A stretch of DNA of 62,680 bases, filler included, from Choristocarpus tenellus KU-1152 (GCA_964200185.2; 11 parts of 11 records of this genome joined end to end with filler, not necessarily neighbours in it), one strand, 5' to 3'. Shown: positions 28,474 through 42,229, counted from the first letter of the whole stretch. The notes: generated from the sequence alone by a model not told the origin. Translations and numbers: made by a program.

Positions 28474-31158
28474 CTGCAATCTTTTCCCCTTTCCCCCTCC
28501 CTGTCCCCCCCCCCCCCCTTTACCAGACGCAGTTACCATAACATCATCACTCTGGAATGAAGCCAGCCTGAAGATCGGTGCCACTCCCTCCGCCCACCAC
28601 TCATCCAAATTCTGACATCTTCCCCTCACCCCAGGTTCTTCTGCTGCCCTCAGAGCCAGCTCCGTAGCCCCTGAACCTCCACCTCTGGTAGGGCTTACAA
28701 AAGGTCTCCTGTGGCGTTGCAGCCGTCGTAATCGTGCTGCCGCTTCTGTACCCCTGTCTGATGACGATCCCACTTTCCCTCTGCCCCTCACACCTGGCGA
28801 CAACGGTGAAGTTACCTCAGTTCCCTCATTGGTCACCCTGATACCTGCTGTAACTGCTGCCACTGAGGCCGTGGTTGAAGGGGACTTGAAAAGCTGTAAT
28901 TGAATGTGGTGGTGGTGTTCCTCTCTCGCTGCTAGCTCCTCTTCTCGTCGGGATAGATCATCCTCTCTTGCACGGAGGTCTCTCAGTTTCATTGAGTAGC
29001 TGGGGGCAGGGGGGCACAGGGGATTTTTATTTCTTTTCCTTTTTTTTTTCTTCTGAAATTTTGCCACAACAGCCATCAGGATTCTTGATTTATGTATCAC
29101 ATGAGTCATCGGATGATAAGACATTAACACCTTAGCAACTTTATGCATCGCACAACCATGCTGGCATCATAGTTGGTACTTCACTCTGCATGGGGGGCAC
29201 TGCAAAAAATCAACTACTAATGCTCCTCACAAGACCCACCTCTGCTGCAACTGGAACTCCTTGACCAGGACATAATTCTCCCGCAGGGGCAAGTGCAACT
29301 GGGGCAGAGACTCGAGGTCCTCAATTCGGGGTCTCTTGTGACGCTGGGGGTTTGGATATTTTATATTTTGAAGAATTGCGGTTATTTGTAATGATTGTAT
29401 GTGAAAAAGAATGAAGAGGCGGTCGGTCTTATGGAAGATTTTGACTGTTGGAGGGTTCAGAATGCAGGTCCATTGTATGTACTTCCTCCTACAGAACGCA
29501 GTGGTTCGTTGTGACACGAGTGCTGGGTTATGTACGTGTTATGTACGTGTACTTGCTAGTAGTATGCACAAATGCGTGTGTGTCAGTAAGGATAAGACCA
29601 CCGTCAGGAAATTGAGCCTGGAACAGAGTCAAGAGCCAGGGCTGGAGTTATAGCTAAGGGACATTGTGTTGTTATTGGGGGGGTGGGTTGAGAGTCTACA
29701 CAGCTGTGGACAAGTTCATGGGTGCCAAAAGGGTTGCTGTCTGATTGGTGTTGCCTACTTCATTGACTGATGCGGGCAGGTACATGAATGTAATGGATGA
29801 AAACTATGGATGGGAAGATCATATCCAACACACCGCCTTGTTGAGCATCCATTCGATTGCCTGGAAGAGCTGAGGAGAGTAGCGGGAGGGTATTCGTGCC
29901 ACACGCCCAGAATTGATCTTTAGGGCAAGGGAGAGCTGGTTCTGTGCATTGAAGGGTCGCCTGACAAAATTTAGGAAAAAGATTGTTAAAAAAAATCGCA
30001 CATCAAGAAGAAGAGGAGCAGACTGGGCACTCTTGAATACATTTGAGTTGCACTCAAAAGTTGCACTTGAGTTGTTGTCAGTGGTACTTGTGATACTGTG
30101 AAGCATTGCTCCAAAGTTGTGTGGGGGCAATCTGTATCCAGGTGAGTTCAGGCAGCTTGTAATGCTGAAATTTTACTTTTTCTTGGTATTGGGGCATCTT
30201 CTCTACACTGCTCAGATAGGGATTTCTAATTTGTTCAGTGACTGACTCACTTACCTTGACAATATCCTGCATTGGGGAGGGTGGGTGGGAATATGCATGG
30301 TATATTGTCAGGTCACCACAACGTAATAGGCACACCTCCGTGTACATGTTCTTGAAGCCCTGTATCACACACACTACACGCGTTCTATCAAATGGTAGGT
30401 AGCACCCAAATCCTTGACCTTGAAAAAAAAAACAGATAAAAGAGGTGTTCCGCCAGAAACAACCTTTGCCCCACACCTGGAGCAAGATGTGCATCCACCT
30501 CTCAACAGCACAAACACACACGTACACAATCTAGGTTCGGTGAGCTCCAACAGCATTGCAACGCTCCTTTTCCAATGGCTTACGTGAGTGCTGCAGCCTC
30601 ATACAGAAGGCACCCAAGGGACCAGACATCGGTCCGCTCATCATACTGTTGCTCATTCATGAGCTCAGGGGACATGTAGTACGGGGTACCCACGCTAGTG
30701 TCAGAGAGGTGGCCAGCCCCTGCCAACTCCTTGGCGAGTCCAAAGTCTCCAAGCTATATGAAAAAGAGACAAACAGTAACATATGCATAGGAGAAGGGGG
30801 TAGGTGGGAAAGACAATGGGAGCAATTGATATGTAGAAGGGAAGGAAATTGTGCACGGATGAAGCTATCACACAACAGAAGAGAAAGCGTTGAAATAGGA
30901 CCATTTGCAGAGCAGCAAGGTTTATTAGTCAAGGCCAGCTGCATGGGTTATAGAGGGAGGGAAGAGGGGCGCATATCATTGCGTACTTCCTGGAAGGAGG
31001 TGTTGCTTGGTTGTATTTTGTTCTTTGACAAGACTCCACGCATCGGTTTGTCTGACAGCCACATAATAGGAGGGGGGGGGGGGGGTAAGGTTTTGAGGCA
31101 AGCAGGCACCTTGACAGTGTTGTCCTCAGAAAGGAAGACATTGTCTGGCTTGGGGGCC
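28474..31158 (-). CDS. NIMA-related (NEK, NEK2-like) Ser/Thr protein kinase, internal part (both ends in gaps)
   Basis: Exons 31110-31158, 30584-30753, 29834-29960, 29240-29343 and 28474-28999 are phase-compatible: [24 protein letters not shown]...[65 protein letters not shown]...RPRIEDL, then a coiled coil [20 protein letters not shown]. Confidence 0.95.
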
Positions 31159-31258
31159 NNNNNNNNNNNNNNNNNNNNNNNNNNNNNNNNNNNNNNNNNN
31201 NNTTAATTAATTAANNNNNNNNNNNNNNNNNNNNNNNNNNNNNNNNNNNNNNNNNNNN

Positions 31259-31423
31259 GGGGGGGGTGACAGCTGTCCATTCGGGGCCCATTTTTCCATG
31301 TCACGATTTCTATGTCATTTAGCTGCATGCGTCAGATGGATATTGTAAGTGCACTTCTCCTGGTCAGGGTCAAAATGGACTCCCTGGTGTAGACCCCCCC
31401 CCCCCTCCCAGATACTTCGAGCC
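31259..31423 (+). mobile_element. MITE family B (left end in gap)
   Basis: G-tract, CTGTCCATTCGGGG...AAATGGACTCCCTGGTGTAGA, C-tract, AGATACTTCGAGCC. Confidence 0.85.
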
Positions 31424-31808
31424 TGTATTGTAAATGATTCCTGTCCTTTTTAAAAAAATCATAACTCACACCTTGGTTCTGACACCGCTTTTTTTCCTTT
31501 TGTTCCCCACTTTTTTTTCTCGTTATTTACTTTTTATTTTATGTATATTATGATTTTGTTTCTTCCCCAAACACAGAAATAACGAGAAGGGGGTATATGA
31601 AATAAGTTGGTAATTGCATGTTTTGCACCCTAGCAGCCTCGAGTATATACTTTGTGCTTGGAGGACATAGGATAGGCAACCAGCAGGTATCCAATAGGTC
31701 ACGAATGTAATAGGTGTCTTGAGTCTATTCCTTGACAAGCACTTACGATACAGACACAAAATGGAACCTTACGGTCTATAGGCTGAAAACCCATGCATAT
31801 ACATTAAC

Positions 31809-32345
31809 CACATTTGTGATTGGAAAGATTGGAACATGAAACCCATTAATTGTAGGCCAAGTCAGAGGTGCACATTTTGTCACTTTTGAACCAGATCCCC
31901 AAAAGGAACAAGTGTACACTCAGATTAGGCCAGAGACAATTTGACTGAGAATGTATCCTGTGACCTTGTGGGTGGACACTTCCAAAGGAAACAAGGATAT
32001 GTACCCATCACATTTGTGATTAGGGAGATCGGAACTGGGGACCCATTCGTTCTAGGCCATGTCAGAGATGTATGTTTTGTAACTCTTGAACCAGACCTCC
32101 AAAGAGGAATAAGCGTATACTCAGATTAGGTCGGGTGCAAACTGACTATGATGGTATTCCGTGACCTTTGGGACAGATTCGCCCAAAGAGAGCAGGAATA
32201 TCTGTTGATCTATTAAAGGCCTAAGTCGGAGATATGTATTTTTTTTACTGTGTATACTCTGATTTAGTCAAACGTGAGCTAACTTTGAATGTTTATTGCA
32301 ACTTTTGAAGATCCATCCTCAATATAAACAAGGAATATGTCAATC
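31809..32345. repeat. Degenerate tandem repeat, 200-bp period (two units plus a deleted third)
   Basis: CACATTTGTGATT at 31809 and 32009; shared TGAACCAGA, TAYACTCAGATTAGG and GTGACCTT blocks; a third partial unit at about 32215-32345. Confidence 0.8.
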
Positions 32346-33844
32346 ATTGTTGAAATCAACTGGTTAATCCGAAACTTGAGTTCCTTTGTCGGAAATAACT
32401 GATCTATTTTGAATTGGAGTCCCTGTGTTGGAAACTACTGGCAAACTTGAATCTGGAAGTCCCTGTGAAACCAATTTGGAGTCTAACTATTTTAGAACTA
32501 TTGGCTTCTCATCCAATGTCGATAAATACATGGTGCTGCAGCAAGATTGAGGTGGTAGGCGATATTTGTTGTCTTAACACATGACAATCGCCTGTGGTAA
32601 GTATGAAACATGTATGCCTGGTTCACACTGGGGGGCATGTTACAGGCGAGTAGCACAGGCATTTCTTCTCACGCTCTAACCATTGCGAGCAGAACGCGTA
32701 CGCGCGGACCTCCCAAAATGGGAACTCCGATTTGCTATAGTAACAGTGTAAGATCTACAGCTTAGAATGAAGGAAAGGTTTTCAGATGTATTACGGCGCC
32801 TGGAAACTTGATAAGACGAATTCCATAGTCTTAGATTACCCACAGGCCTCAGTTCTGGCGTACATTCACTTTGAAATAACTATATCTTCATCTGTTGATC
32901 TGATACCTACCATCCTCGCTGGACATCAGGCTATTGGTGTACCTCAGGAGTCCTCTATGTGCATCAGCGACATCTATAGGATTGTGGACTGGAATTTTAC
33001 ATTTCGTGGAGGTAAGCTTTGGAGCGTCTTGAACTAACAAGGTATGTCCAAAAACGTGTCGCACGATGTCCAAAAGACGCCCCAAAAAAATGTGAAATAT
33101 CTCTGCAATACATCCAGAAAAAGGGTGTTCTACAATATTCTAAATACATCCCCCCTAAATTGTCCTCCTATATACACAGGACATACTCCAAAACATCAGA
33201 AAATTTTCCAGACGTATCTCCAAAAACATATCCAAAATGTCAAGAATATACCCTATAAAACATGGAAATTTCGAAAAAACATAGCCAAGAACATGCCCAA
33301 AAAAGTGTTTTAAACATTCCCAAATTCGCCTCAGAACGGTTCGAAACGTATTCGAGTGGTTCGACAACTGTCCCATATGGTTCTATGGTGTCCCAGAAAT
33401 CGTTCATAAATGAGTTTAAATTGGGATTATTGATTCTCCAAAACAGAGGTAGCTTCCTAAGGAGGTGCGTGAATTGCATCACTTTCCTCTGAAAGAATGT
33501 GGGAAAGTGGTGTATCACACACCATTATTGAAGCAAGCAGGACTGTCTCTTATCGAAGCGTGTGTGAAAGTAGGGCATTGTACTCCTGCACAATCAATCG
33601 AGTAGACTCGTCCAATGCCCTATCAACTTTTGTGATCAGAAGCAAACAGTACGCTCTCCTACCAAAAGGTGTGGGGAAGTAGGGCAATGCACACCTGCAC
33701 ACTCCCATATCTGTACACTCAATCGAATGGGGAACGGATCACTTTCCTAGCAACTTTGTGATCGGCAGAGGGTTGGGACACACCCTCATCCTCCATGCCC
33801 CTGAAGATGCTAAACCTTTGGATGCAAGAAAGTATTTCTGACCT

Positions 33845-34117
33845 TCAGCAGTAGAGATATTTGTTATGGATAGTGGTGCCCAGTCCCTGTGCGCAAGGGG
33901 AAGAGCTAGCCACAGTCTGCCTTGTCTTCCATCCGGGTTTTGGTACTGTTTTTTTGCGTACTTGGTATACACAGGGCACTCTGGCATTGAAGCACCTTCG
34001 GCAAGGGTAGTTTCCATCACATCCTTTCTTCAACCTGTCGCAAAAAAGGTGGGAAGGCAGGTGACGGATGGCAGCTATTTTGTAGCTCAAACAATCTGTA
34101 TAGTGGAAAACCTTCAC
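33845..34117 (-). pseudogene. GAL4-type Zn(II)2Cys6 binuclear cluster transcription factor fragment, probably degenerate
   Basis: SHLFCDRLKKGCDGNYPCRRCFNARVPCVYQVRKKTVPKPG has 5 of 6 Cys with canonical spacing; the first Cys position is His; a stop follows shortly after. Confidence 0.65.
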
Positions 34118-34208
34118 TACACATAATGCAGTTGAGGAGATAACGAGTGGGGAGAGGGGAAGAGAGAGTGAGAGAGACTATTGAATCTGTAGAGGGCAGT
34201 GTAAAGTT

Positions 34209-34480
34209 GCCTTTAATATACTGGAGGTGAAGTCAGGTGTCCATTCGGGGTCAAGTGTGAACCTGTTGTGATTTCCATGTTACCTGAATGAAGTGTCAAA
34301 TGTAACTGTACTTTCCATCATCTGAACGCACCTACCTTTCTGTTCCCCCAGTCCGAACTAAATCCGAAGGAAAATCGCCCGAAAAGTGGTCATCCAACTG
34401 GGGTATCTTGCAACACCCCATCAAGCCCCGAATGGAAAACCTGGGCTAAACATTCCCCCCCCTCTAAGATACTATGAACC
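34209..34480 (-). mobile_element. MITE family C (related to B), uninterrupted copy
   Basis: GTGTCCATTCGGGG...CCCCGAATGGA...CCCCCTCTAAGATACTATGAACC; the reverse complement aligns with 60465-60993. Confidence 0.7.
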
Positions 34481-37400
34481 AGGGTCAAATTAAACGGCAA
34501 CTATTTCCATGCAAAACTTCGCTTCAAATTCGTTGGCATCAAAATGGTCTGCCATTTATATATGGGCTTGAGGGGTAACGTGTTATAGAAGGAGAATGTG
34601 ACGAGTCAATGGAGTGGAGAGAAAGATGAAATCAGGAATCGACACAGACATATTGTACAGCACCTGGTGCATAAGGTGCAGGTTGAGCGACGACGAGGCT
34701 GTGGAAGAGTTTCTCTTTCCCTGTTTTGAGTTGACTCTTGGCGTTCTGGGGTAAGTCCATCCACCGACATGACCGTCCCATTCAACGACGTTCTATGTAA
34801 AACTTGAGATGGAATGACGGAGTTACATGGCTTGAGTAGGTACTCTTGGGGGAGCACGAATCTCTGAGCAACCTTGACTCCTATGTGCATTGGGGCCGCC
34901 ATCGGTGTATGGGAACCATTCCCTCGATCCTCTGGACCATCGGCGTTCATATCCTTCTGAAGTGACCGTGTGTAGCTGTTTCGTGGTTGTCTCCTCTTGG
35001 TAATAACGATCTGGTTGGTCTGACATTCATTCCTCCATCATCGAAGACGTTGAATACCAACGACTTGAAGTGTAGAAGTTAGGGTTAGGTTTATTGAATA
35101 TGTTTTGGTCCAACACTACGTTTTGGTTGTAAACGGTAGGATGGTCTGGTCTGTATTCCTATGTGGAGGGTTGAAATATTTTATAATATCTTTACATTTC
35201 AAATAGTGAGCGTGTTAACACATAGGCTACACATCTGTCTGTTCCTTGGTACGATACAGTTCCACCTGTCAACACTGACTGTTGATTGGTATGTTACGTT
35301 CTGGACGTTACTTTCACTAGTTTGTCATCACCACATCAACTACAATCAGAACACCTTAGTACAGAACAGTCACTCTGCGTTCCACACAAATAGTATAGTA
35401 TAGTGTACGTCACTTTAGTTGCATTAGATATTGTTTCAATGTTCTGTTGTTCTGTTGTTCTGTTGTTCTGTTATTTGTTTTTCTTTCACTATTTCTCCTT
35501 ATCAGGAGAAGATGACAGTTGTACATTGATGGNNNNNNNNNNNNNNNNNNNNNNNNNNNNNNNNNNNNNNNNNNNNTTAATTAATTAANNNNNNNNNNNN
35601 NNNNNNNNNNNNNNNNNNNNNNNNNNNNNNNNCCCCCCCCAAAAAAAAAAATATATATGACCCCATTGATTGTGAAGGTGGTTGTGCATTTTTTTTTTGT
35701 ATCACTTGGGGAAACAACAATAACAACCGGTTGTAAGATAGTGGAAGGTACGACAGCTGTTCCGCCCATAGGACAGCCCTCTCTGCCATGAATATGTGAT
35801 GATACTCTCTCCATGTACTTCAACACTGTGTTGAAGTACAGCAGAGTGTAGTAAATTCATCCCTAGGAAGGTGTGGGAAAGTAGACAGTATCTACTTTTG
35901 AAGGAGAACGTTTCGTGAAGAGACATGAAGGACTGGGATTGTGCTCCACGATAGTAGTGGAAGCAGATTGTGTTGCCAAAAGGGGTGGAATGTATCCGCC
36001 CCCTTTTTGTACACCTCGGGGAAGTTATCACTCTCGATGCTAATGTTTGTCTCAACCGTAACCTACCTAATAGTGCTTGAACTGTGCTTGGAACCGCTGT
36101 GTGTTGGCCTCAACAACACTTAGAGCCAGTTTTTTGTGCAATGTACCTTGTCCTGGATGATTCTTGGGGGTTGGTTGGTTGGTTGGTTGGTTGCCTTGAA
36201 TATGTCTGTTGTTGGAACAACACGTTGTCGCCTATAGATGCTGAATACTCCGGTTGTAGTGTGTGTGAATCTTCTTGCAGTGCCTGTGTTCTGGTTTTGA
36301 TGAGGCGTTCTCGCTCGAAAAGTCTTTCGTCCGTGTTTCACTGACGCATGTGGCAACGGGGATGGGATGTACATCCTCTCGACAAGCTTTCACACAAGTT
36401 TTGGTAGGGAGGGGGGTCGGTCTCTTATGGGGGGTTTGTGTGCTGAAGAGTCACGGCGAGCGGAAGGCGTATCATTATTGCTGATGAGGACTTGCGCAAT
36501 TGCTGATCGTGTCATTGAAATGGGAGTTGAGCTTGCTACTGTTTCCTCCTCTACCATGGACTCGGGGGCGCAGTATGGGGCGGCTTCGGTGTCCATGATG
36601 TGGTGGAAGTACCCTTCCTGTTGTGTATATTTTTTTGTGTCAAATTTTGCTCATCGAACTAGATGACGAGGGGGTCCCCTCTTTGTCTGCGAGGAAGAAA
36701 AAAAAATGTTTGCTCTGTGGTGTGGTGGATATTCGTTCTGACCGTGGTTGCACCAAATGCAACCTTGCGTTCCTTTTTTTTCGGGGGGGGGAAGTTGGTC
36801 GGGGCAAGAGGGTTAGTTGGATGGAAAAAAATCTGGAGGTGTCAGTGTTGAACGGTTCTGTAAGAGGTCTGAAGGTCTGATCTTTGAATGGCCAGGCGTT
36901 TCTTTCGGCAAAGTTTTGAACCCTTTTGAGCCATGGTATTTTCCATGCAAAAGAAGTTGAGATTTTGTGTATGGTGTAAGCAGGCTTGGAGTGAAAGAGA
37001 GACATGTATATGGTTCGCTTCCTCTTGCCCCTTCCAGGACCCTTCTCCACAGCAGGGGGTGTAACATTGACCCAGCACCTGTAGTCTTGTGGGCGGGGGG
37101 CTGGGCGTGAATGAGCCAGGCGCGTTATGGGAGGCCAGCTGCTGCCAATGATGTAACCTCCCTCTCTAGAGCACATAAACTTTGCCCCAGACATGAAGAG
37201 AGTAACTCATCGCGTGTATATATAGCTACTGAATGCATGGGCTACGTAAGAATTTTCTGTACCACAGGGAATCATGATCCGACCTCTAGTTGTTGGTATC
37301 GGAACACATCAATGGGGTCCATCTCACTGTGTTTGCTCGTTGTATTGCTTGGTACAATGGTATGTTCTAATAGTGTGCTGTGATTGTTGTACCGAGTTGT

Positions 37401-37894
37401 TGGTCAGTGCTTGTGTAATCAGGTGTTGGGTGTGCAGGTAACAAGACCTACAAGGTCATAGAGTCAACGAGAGTTGAAGAGGGGAAAGAGCAAGTGTTTT
37501 AGCAGTGTCTCGTCATGCAAAATGCTCAAAGCTGTACATCATAAGAGTAGAGGGTAGGTAGCACATACCATAAGCTATCATAGCAATCAATTACCACTGT
37601 CGCCGCTTCCATTAAACCTCTCTCCCGGGTGTGCCAAGGCTACACTAATCGTGCCACACATGCTGCCCCTCCAGTATCGAGAGGTCTGAGCCCCTTCTGG
37701 AAGGACCACGTGATCCATTTGTTTTTGTGTGGTTTATCTTAGCTTGCCTCTCTCTGCTTGCAAGTAAGCCGCTGTATACCAAGTGGTTCACCCCACCCCG
37801 TGTATATGGCCCCTGAGAAGGTTGCATCCATTTTCCTAGTGTGGTTGTTATTTATCATCTTGTGTTTATTGTTACATATTGTCACCCTCCTTAG

Positions 37895-39993
37895 GTGAGT
37901 GTGCGTTTGGGCAGTGTGGCTGATCGTGAGCGAAAGGCTGAGGCTAGCTGTTGGAGCATGCACACGCGCCTCAGCATCGAAGACCCCTTTGAGACGTGGT
38001 GAGAAGCTATGGGAGATGCGATAATGTTTTGTGGATGACTTTTGACTTTTAGTCTTTTGTGGATGGGCATATACTCTCAAGTGATACAAGCCTCACCTGC
38101 AGTTGTCTTATGAAGTGCCTTACTCTCTCTTTTGAAAGTTTATTGGCATGCAGAGGTGTGCTCTTCCGAGCCCAGACTCTGAGTTAATTCGAATACTTTC
38201 ATAGTATTATAGGTAGTTTATCCTAACGCGGTGAGCATGTGCAGGTTTGTGTGAAGACTGTGTATTGTGCTGTGCCAAAATGCCTCCTATCAAGGAAGAG
38301 CACCTTGAAGTAAATGATATTCTGTGCCCTGTTTTTTCTAGTATCTGACTGACGGCACATCATCTTCGTGGTACCTTTGTTCAACTTTGATGCTGTATTA
38401 CCTGCAAGTATTAGGAGCATTAGAGCAGGTAGAGGTTATAGTTGTGTGTGTGTGTGTGGTGTGAGGAGATTGTTCCCAACTTAACCAGTCTCCTGAGCTG
38501 ATCTAGGTTTTCCCACATTTCAATAGTTGTAAAGGGCAGTCAGTGTGTGTGCAGTGTTTTGCCTCCACTCCATACTTCGCAAGTATGAACTTGTGAGGTT
38601 TGGTCCTACTATTTGTATGTACTCGCACACAACACAATCATCTAGTACCTTTGGCTTGTCTTGTATTTTTGGTGCAGGTATGATGTGGCACATGTCCTCA
38701 AGTGGTCCAGATACAAGCATGTCAGGATGGAGTTGGCGAGGGCGTATTCAGTGATCCTCAATGCCACCAGCGCAGACAATGTTTTGTCGGCAGTGTGTGA
38801 GGAGGTGACTGACCATAATTGTTGAAATGCTCCTCTGGTTGGTTGGTTCTGGGTGTGCAGCCATTGTAGCGGGAGCAAATTGTTTTGTTCAGCAAGTTCA
38901 CCTCATAATTGACACTTGTAGTGTAGACTGAGTGAGTGTAAAAAACATTTTGGAGTCAAAGTAAATGAGAGGCATCCAGGTTTTGATCGTCTTGCATTTT
39001 AGGCCACCTTTTAATCTTTTGCAATAGTGTTAGGGTTGGGTTGAGAACATTGATTTCTCTATTGTTCGGAAAGTTTGAACAGAATTAAGGAAGGTCTCTG
39101 TACATATGCATTTGTGGAAAAAGCCGATTTTGGCTCATTTGTCAGTTTCCTTAGAATGCAACCCTTAGCACCTTTACTTTGACTCATTTGCAGCAAGGTA
39201 GAATTGATAAGATATGAGGTGTGCTAGTCAGACTGTGTTGAGCAGTAGAGCGTGATACTCGTCCTGGCAGTTGGGGAAGTAGGGCTGAAAGACTTGACCA
39301 GGAGGGGCAGTTACGGGGACAGGATGTTAACTGTGGGGGGTTGCATTTGAAAGGGCATGTTGGTATAGGAAGATATATATGTGAACGACTCAATCGCTTG
39401 TGTATTTTTCAGTCATGTCTGGGCGGTGGAAACCTCTCTCCGATTTCTAGTGTGATTGGAGGGAGAACTCGGGGGATGCCACTGTTTCCAACAATGATCA
39501 CAAGCTATATTTTGAGAGCATGTGCAACGGCTACATGTGCATGTACAATAGTGATGAATATAGCTGAGCCACTTTTTCAGAATGGAGAATCACAATTTGC
39601 TTTGATTACTTACTGGTGTCAAAACTTTTCAATAGCATTGCTGCAGGTACTTTACCCCCAGCTCTTCTGTGCTTTGAAAAATTGTAGAGGGTGATGAATG
39701 GGTCGTTGAATGATTGGATTAGTTGCTTTTCGTGTCCTTGACGTGCCAACTTTTTTTATTAACAGAGAGCACAAGGGTTAACTATCCAGATAACCAACAT
39801 GCAAGAGGAACTCACTTGGCGCCCCCACTTTACATTGACGCTATCTCTCCCTCCCTGCCTGTATAACAACTCCTTCCCATTGCAGGCTCCATCACCACCT
39901 TTTGCCAGGAGCGATGAGCGAGCGTCCCAAGAGTGTGCAGAGGATTTAGCAGAGAGACTGCGATTGATTGATCTAGATGCTCATGCTCACTGA
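37895..39993 (+). CDS. Cid1-family terminal uridylyltransferase / non-canonical poly(A) polymerase, last 3 exons (PAP-associated domain)
   Basis: Exons 37895-37998, 38678-38804 and 39886-39993 splice in frame: VSVRLG...WSMHTRLSIEDPFETWYDVAHVLKWSRYKHVRMELARAYSVI...AHAH*. VSVR and IEDPF..DVA are PAP_assoc signatures. Confidence 0.82.
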
Positions 39994-41387
39994 TGGAAAA
40001 AAAATAGGAAAAATTGTGTTTCCCTCAATAGGGGATCATGAAGTAGCTGTTGGGCTTTAAAGTAGAGTTTGACCAGGGGAGGTCAAGGGCAGATGTTTTT
40101 TCTAGCGTCCTATAGTATATGACTATGCTAGCCCATCCAATGGTCTAGTTCCAGCTCTTTCAATGTGAAGCAGTCATCAATTTAGTTTTTGTTGGGAAGA
40201 GTTGAGGGCTAAAAGTATGGGGCTCTCTCCTTCGCTTGCATGGACCAGGGTGTCTTACTGTGTTGGTCATTTTGGAGTAGTGAGCGAAGGGCCAAATGGT
40301 TTATTGTGCGAAAGGACTGAGAGGAGAGACACAGCTTGGGCAGTACAAAATCCCGACAGCACCCTTACTTTATGGTGTATGGAAGAGGGTTTCAAAGTTC
40401 GTATGTATGTTGAGTGATTGTCGTTTGCAATGGTGGTGCGCCACTTGGCACATGCAAAAAAATTCACTCACCACGCATTTGACCTTCCACGGTATCTTCT
40501 CAGCCCATGTAGTGGTATTGGCTTGCCATTTTGACTTAATGTGATGCGCGTGTATGTGCAGAGCAGTGGATTCATAGCAAAGCTGGACCTAGGCTATGAG
40601 GGAGAAGAGGAAGTACAGAGGAAATTGAAGATCGTATGCAATAGAGGCTAAGATCGACAATGGTTGGTGCAAGCTTGGAAGGGATCGACATGATGGCATA
40701 GATGAATAGGACAGGGGTGGAGAGCAGAGTTTTGATGGGGTACTCCTTGTTCACGGTGGTACAACTGTAGTGTCAAAACGTTCATTCTACAGAGTATGTG
40801 TATGCATATATTTGTGTTGTATTTTTGTGGGTATGGAAGCAGGGAACTTGAATATTGAATGGCTATGAAAGGGTATTATTGACAGCTCTTGGAGCTTGGA
40901 AGGGGCCTCACCGCAAAATGTGTCATTATCATTAGCACATATGTATGTGGTCATGGTTGAATGCGCTCTCCCTCCTTGAAGTGCTGTTGAAGTTGAGGGG
41001 GAAAGGCTGACTGGCTGGGTTGTGCTGGTAGCGAAGCAGTGACAGAAACTGCTTTTTTTTATGATGGTGCTAAATACCAACAGGAGCACACAGAGTACGA
41101 TCAAGGCAACCAAAAGAGCAGTGGCAACAAAGTGGCCGGGGGCATTAATTACACTTAGCTCACTAGAGCTACAGTTCTGATATACTGATATACGTAAGTA
41201 CCTTATTTTTTGGTCAAGAGAGTACCAACCCAATTGTTTAGATGGTGTAGCCGGTGTAGACAGGCCTGGTAGTTCTATAGACACCTCNNNNNNNNNNNNN
41301 NNNNNNNNNNNNNNNNNNNNNNNNNNNNNNNTTAATTAATTAANNNNNNNNNNNNNNNNNNNNNNNNNNNNNNNNNNNNNNNNNNNN

Positions 41388-41507
41388 TCCAGAACATGGA
41401 TATTGACACTTCCCAACAAACACAATGGCCAAAATTATATCAAAATCACAACATTGGATTGTGGACCCCAAATGGACGCGGCTCTACCCTCTCAGATACT
41501 TTGGCTC
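41388..41507 (-). mobile_element. MITE family A, half copy at contig start
   Basis: Ends TACCCTCTCAGATACTTTGGCTC. Confidence 0.85.
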
Positions 41508-41619
41508 ATTCACCAACAAAAGCCACTGTCTTCTATTGCCAATCCTCGTTACCCAGCACTTTAGCACTTCACTGCACACGCCACAATTGTTTTGCACGAA
41601 TTTTCTTTTTTTTCGAAGA

Positions 41620-41955
41620 AACAAAGGATCCCCACCAACCACATGCATCCCGAAGAAAATAAATCCATCAAGTTTCGCATCTCAACCATTTTAATTTTCA
41701 GATGCCGTCGAACATAACATATTTTTATTAGCACGATTTTTTTTTTCCGAGGAAGAAAGAATCCCCCTCTAACCACACTCATTCAGAAATAAAAAAATTA
41801 ATCAAGTTTCGCTTCTCAACTATCTCTAATTTCCACCAAACGTCGGCCGACGTACTTTGAGAAAAAATCCCTACCAAACATATGATTCGGAAGTAAACAA
41901 ATTTATGAAGTTTCGCATTTCAACTATTTATCATTTTCAGATGCTGTCGTTCGAA
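41620..41955. repeat. Three degenerate tandem units of about 105-135 bp
   Basis: AT(C/G)AAGTTTCGC(A/T)T(C/T)TCAAC at about 41667, 41801 and 41905, each preceded by an ATCCC...AAC block. Confidence 0.75.
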
Positions 41956-42229
41956 AATCTGTCGACAAAATGGAAAGCCCTTCAAATTACCTCTCATCCG
42001 CTTTTCGTGTTGAATGTAAGACAGGCATTCTTTTTATGGTGTAAATCACTCTATCTGTACACATGCATCATCTTTGGCAAACTACTCAATAGCCTGCTCG
42101 TTTGCTAAACACCTGTGACATCGCTTGTTTCATTTTCATCCCTACCTCAACACCTTCAACACTCAACCATGCGAAACATATCAGCTTCATACTTTACTGA
42201 CCTATATTCCTAATACCTCCTTTCATTCG

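Noticed and set aside
30556-31206. 216-aa plus-strand ORF
   Set aside because: Antisense shadow of the NEK kinase exons.
36120-37194. Minus-strand ORFs as a gene
   Set aside because: No coherent splice model or domain could be supported.
37924-37975. GCTGAGGC...GCCTCAGC hairpin as a structured RNA or ribozyme
   Set aside because: Lies within a TUTase coding exon; no hammerhead core.
41620-41955. CRISPR-like repeat-spacer appearance (also 1141-1800)
   Set aside because: The repeats are degenerate, the intervening sequences are themselves homologous or irregular, the context is eukaryotic and there are no cas genes.
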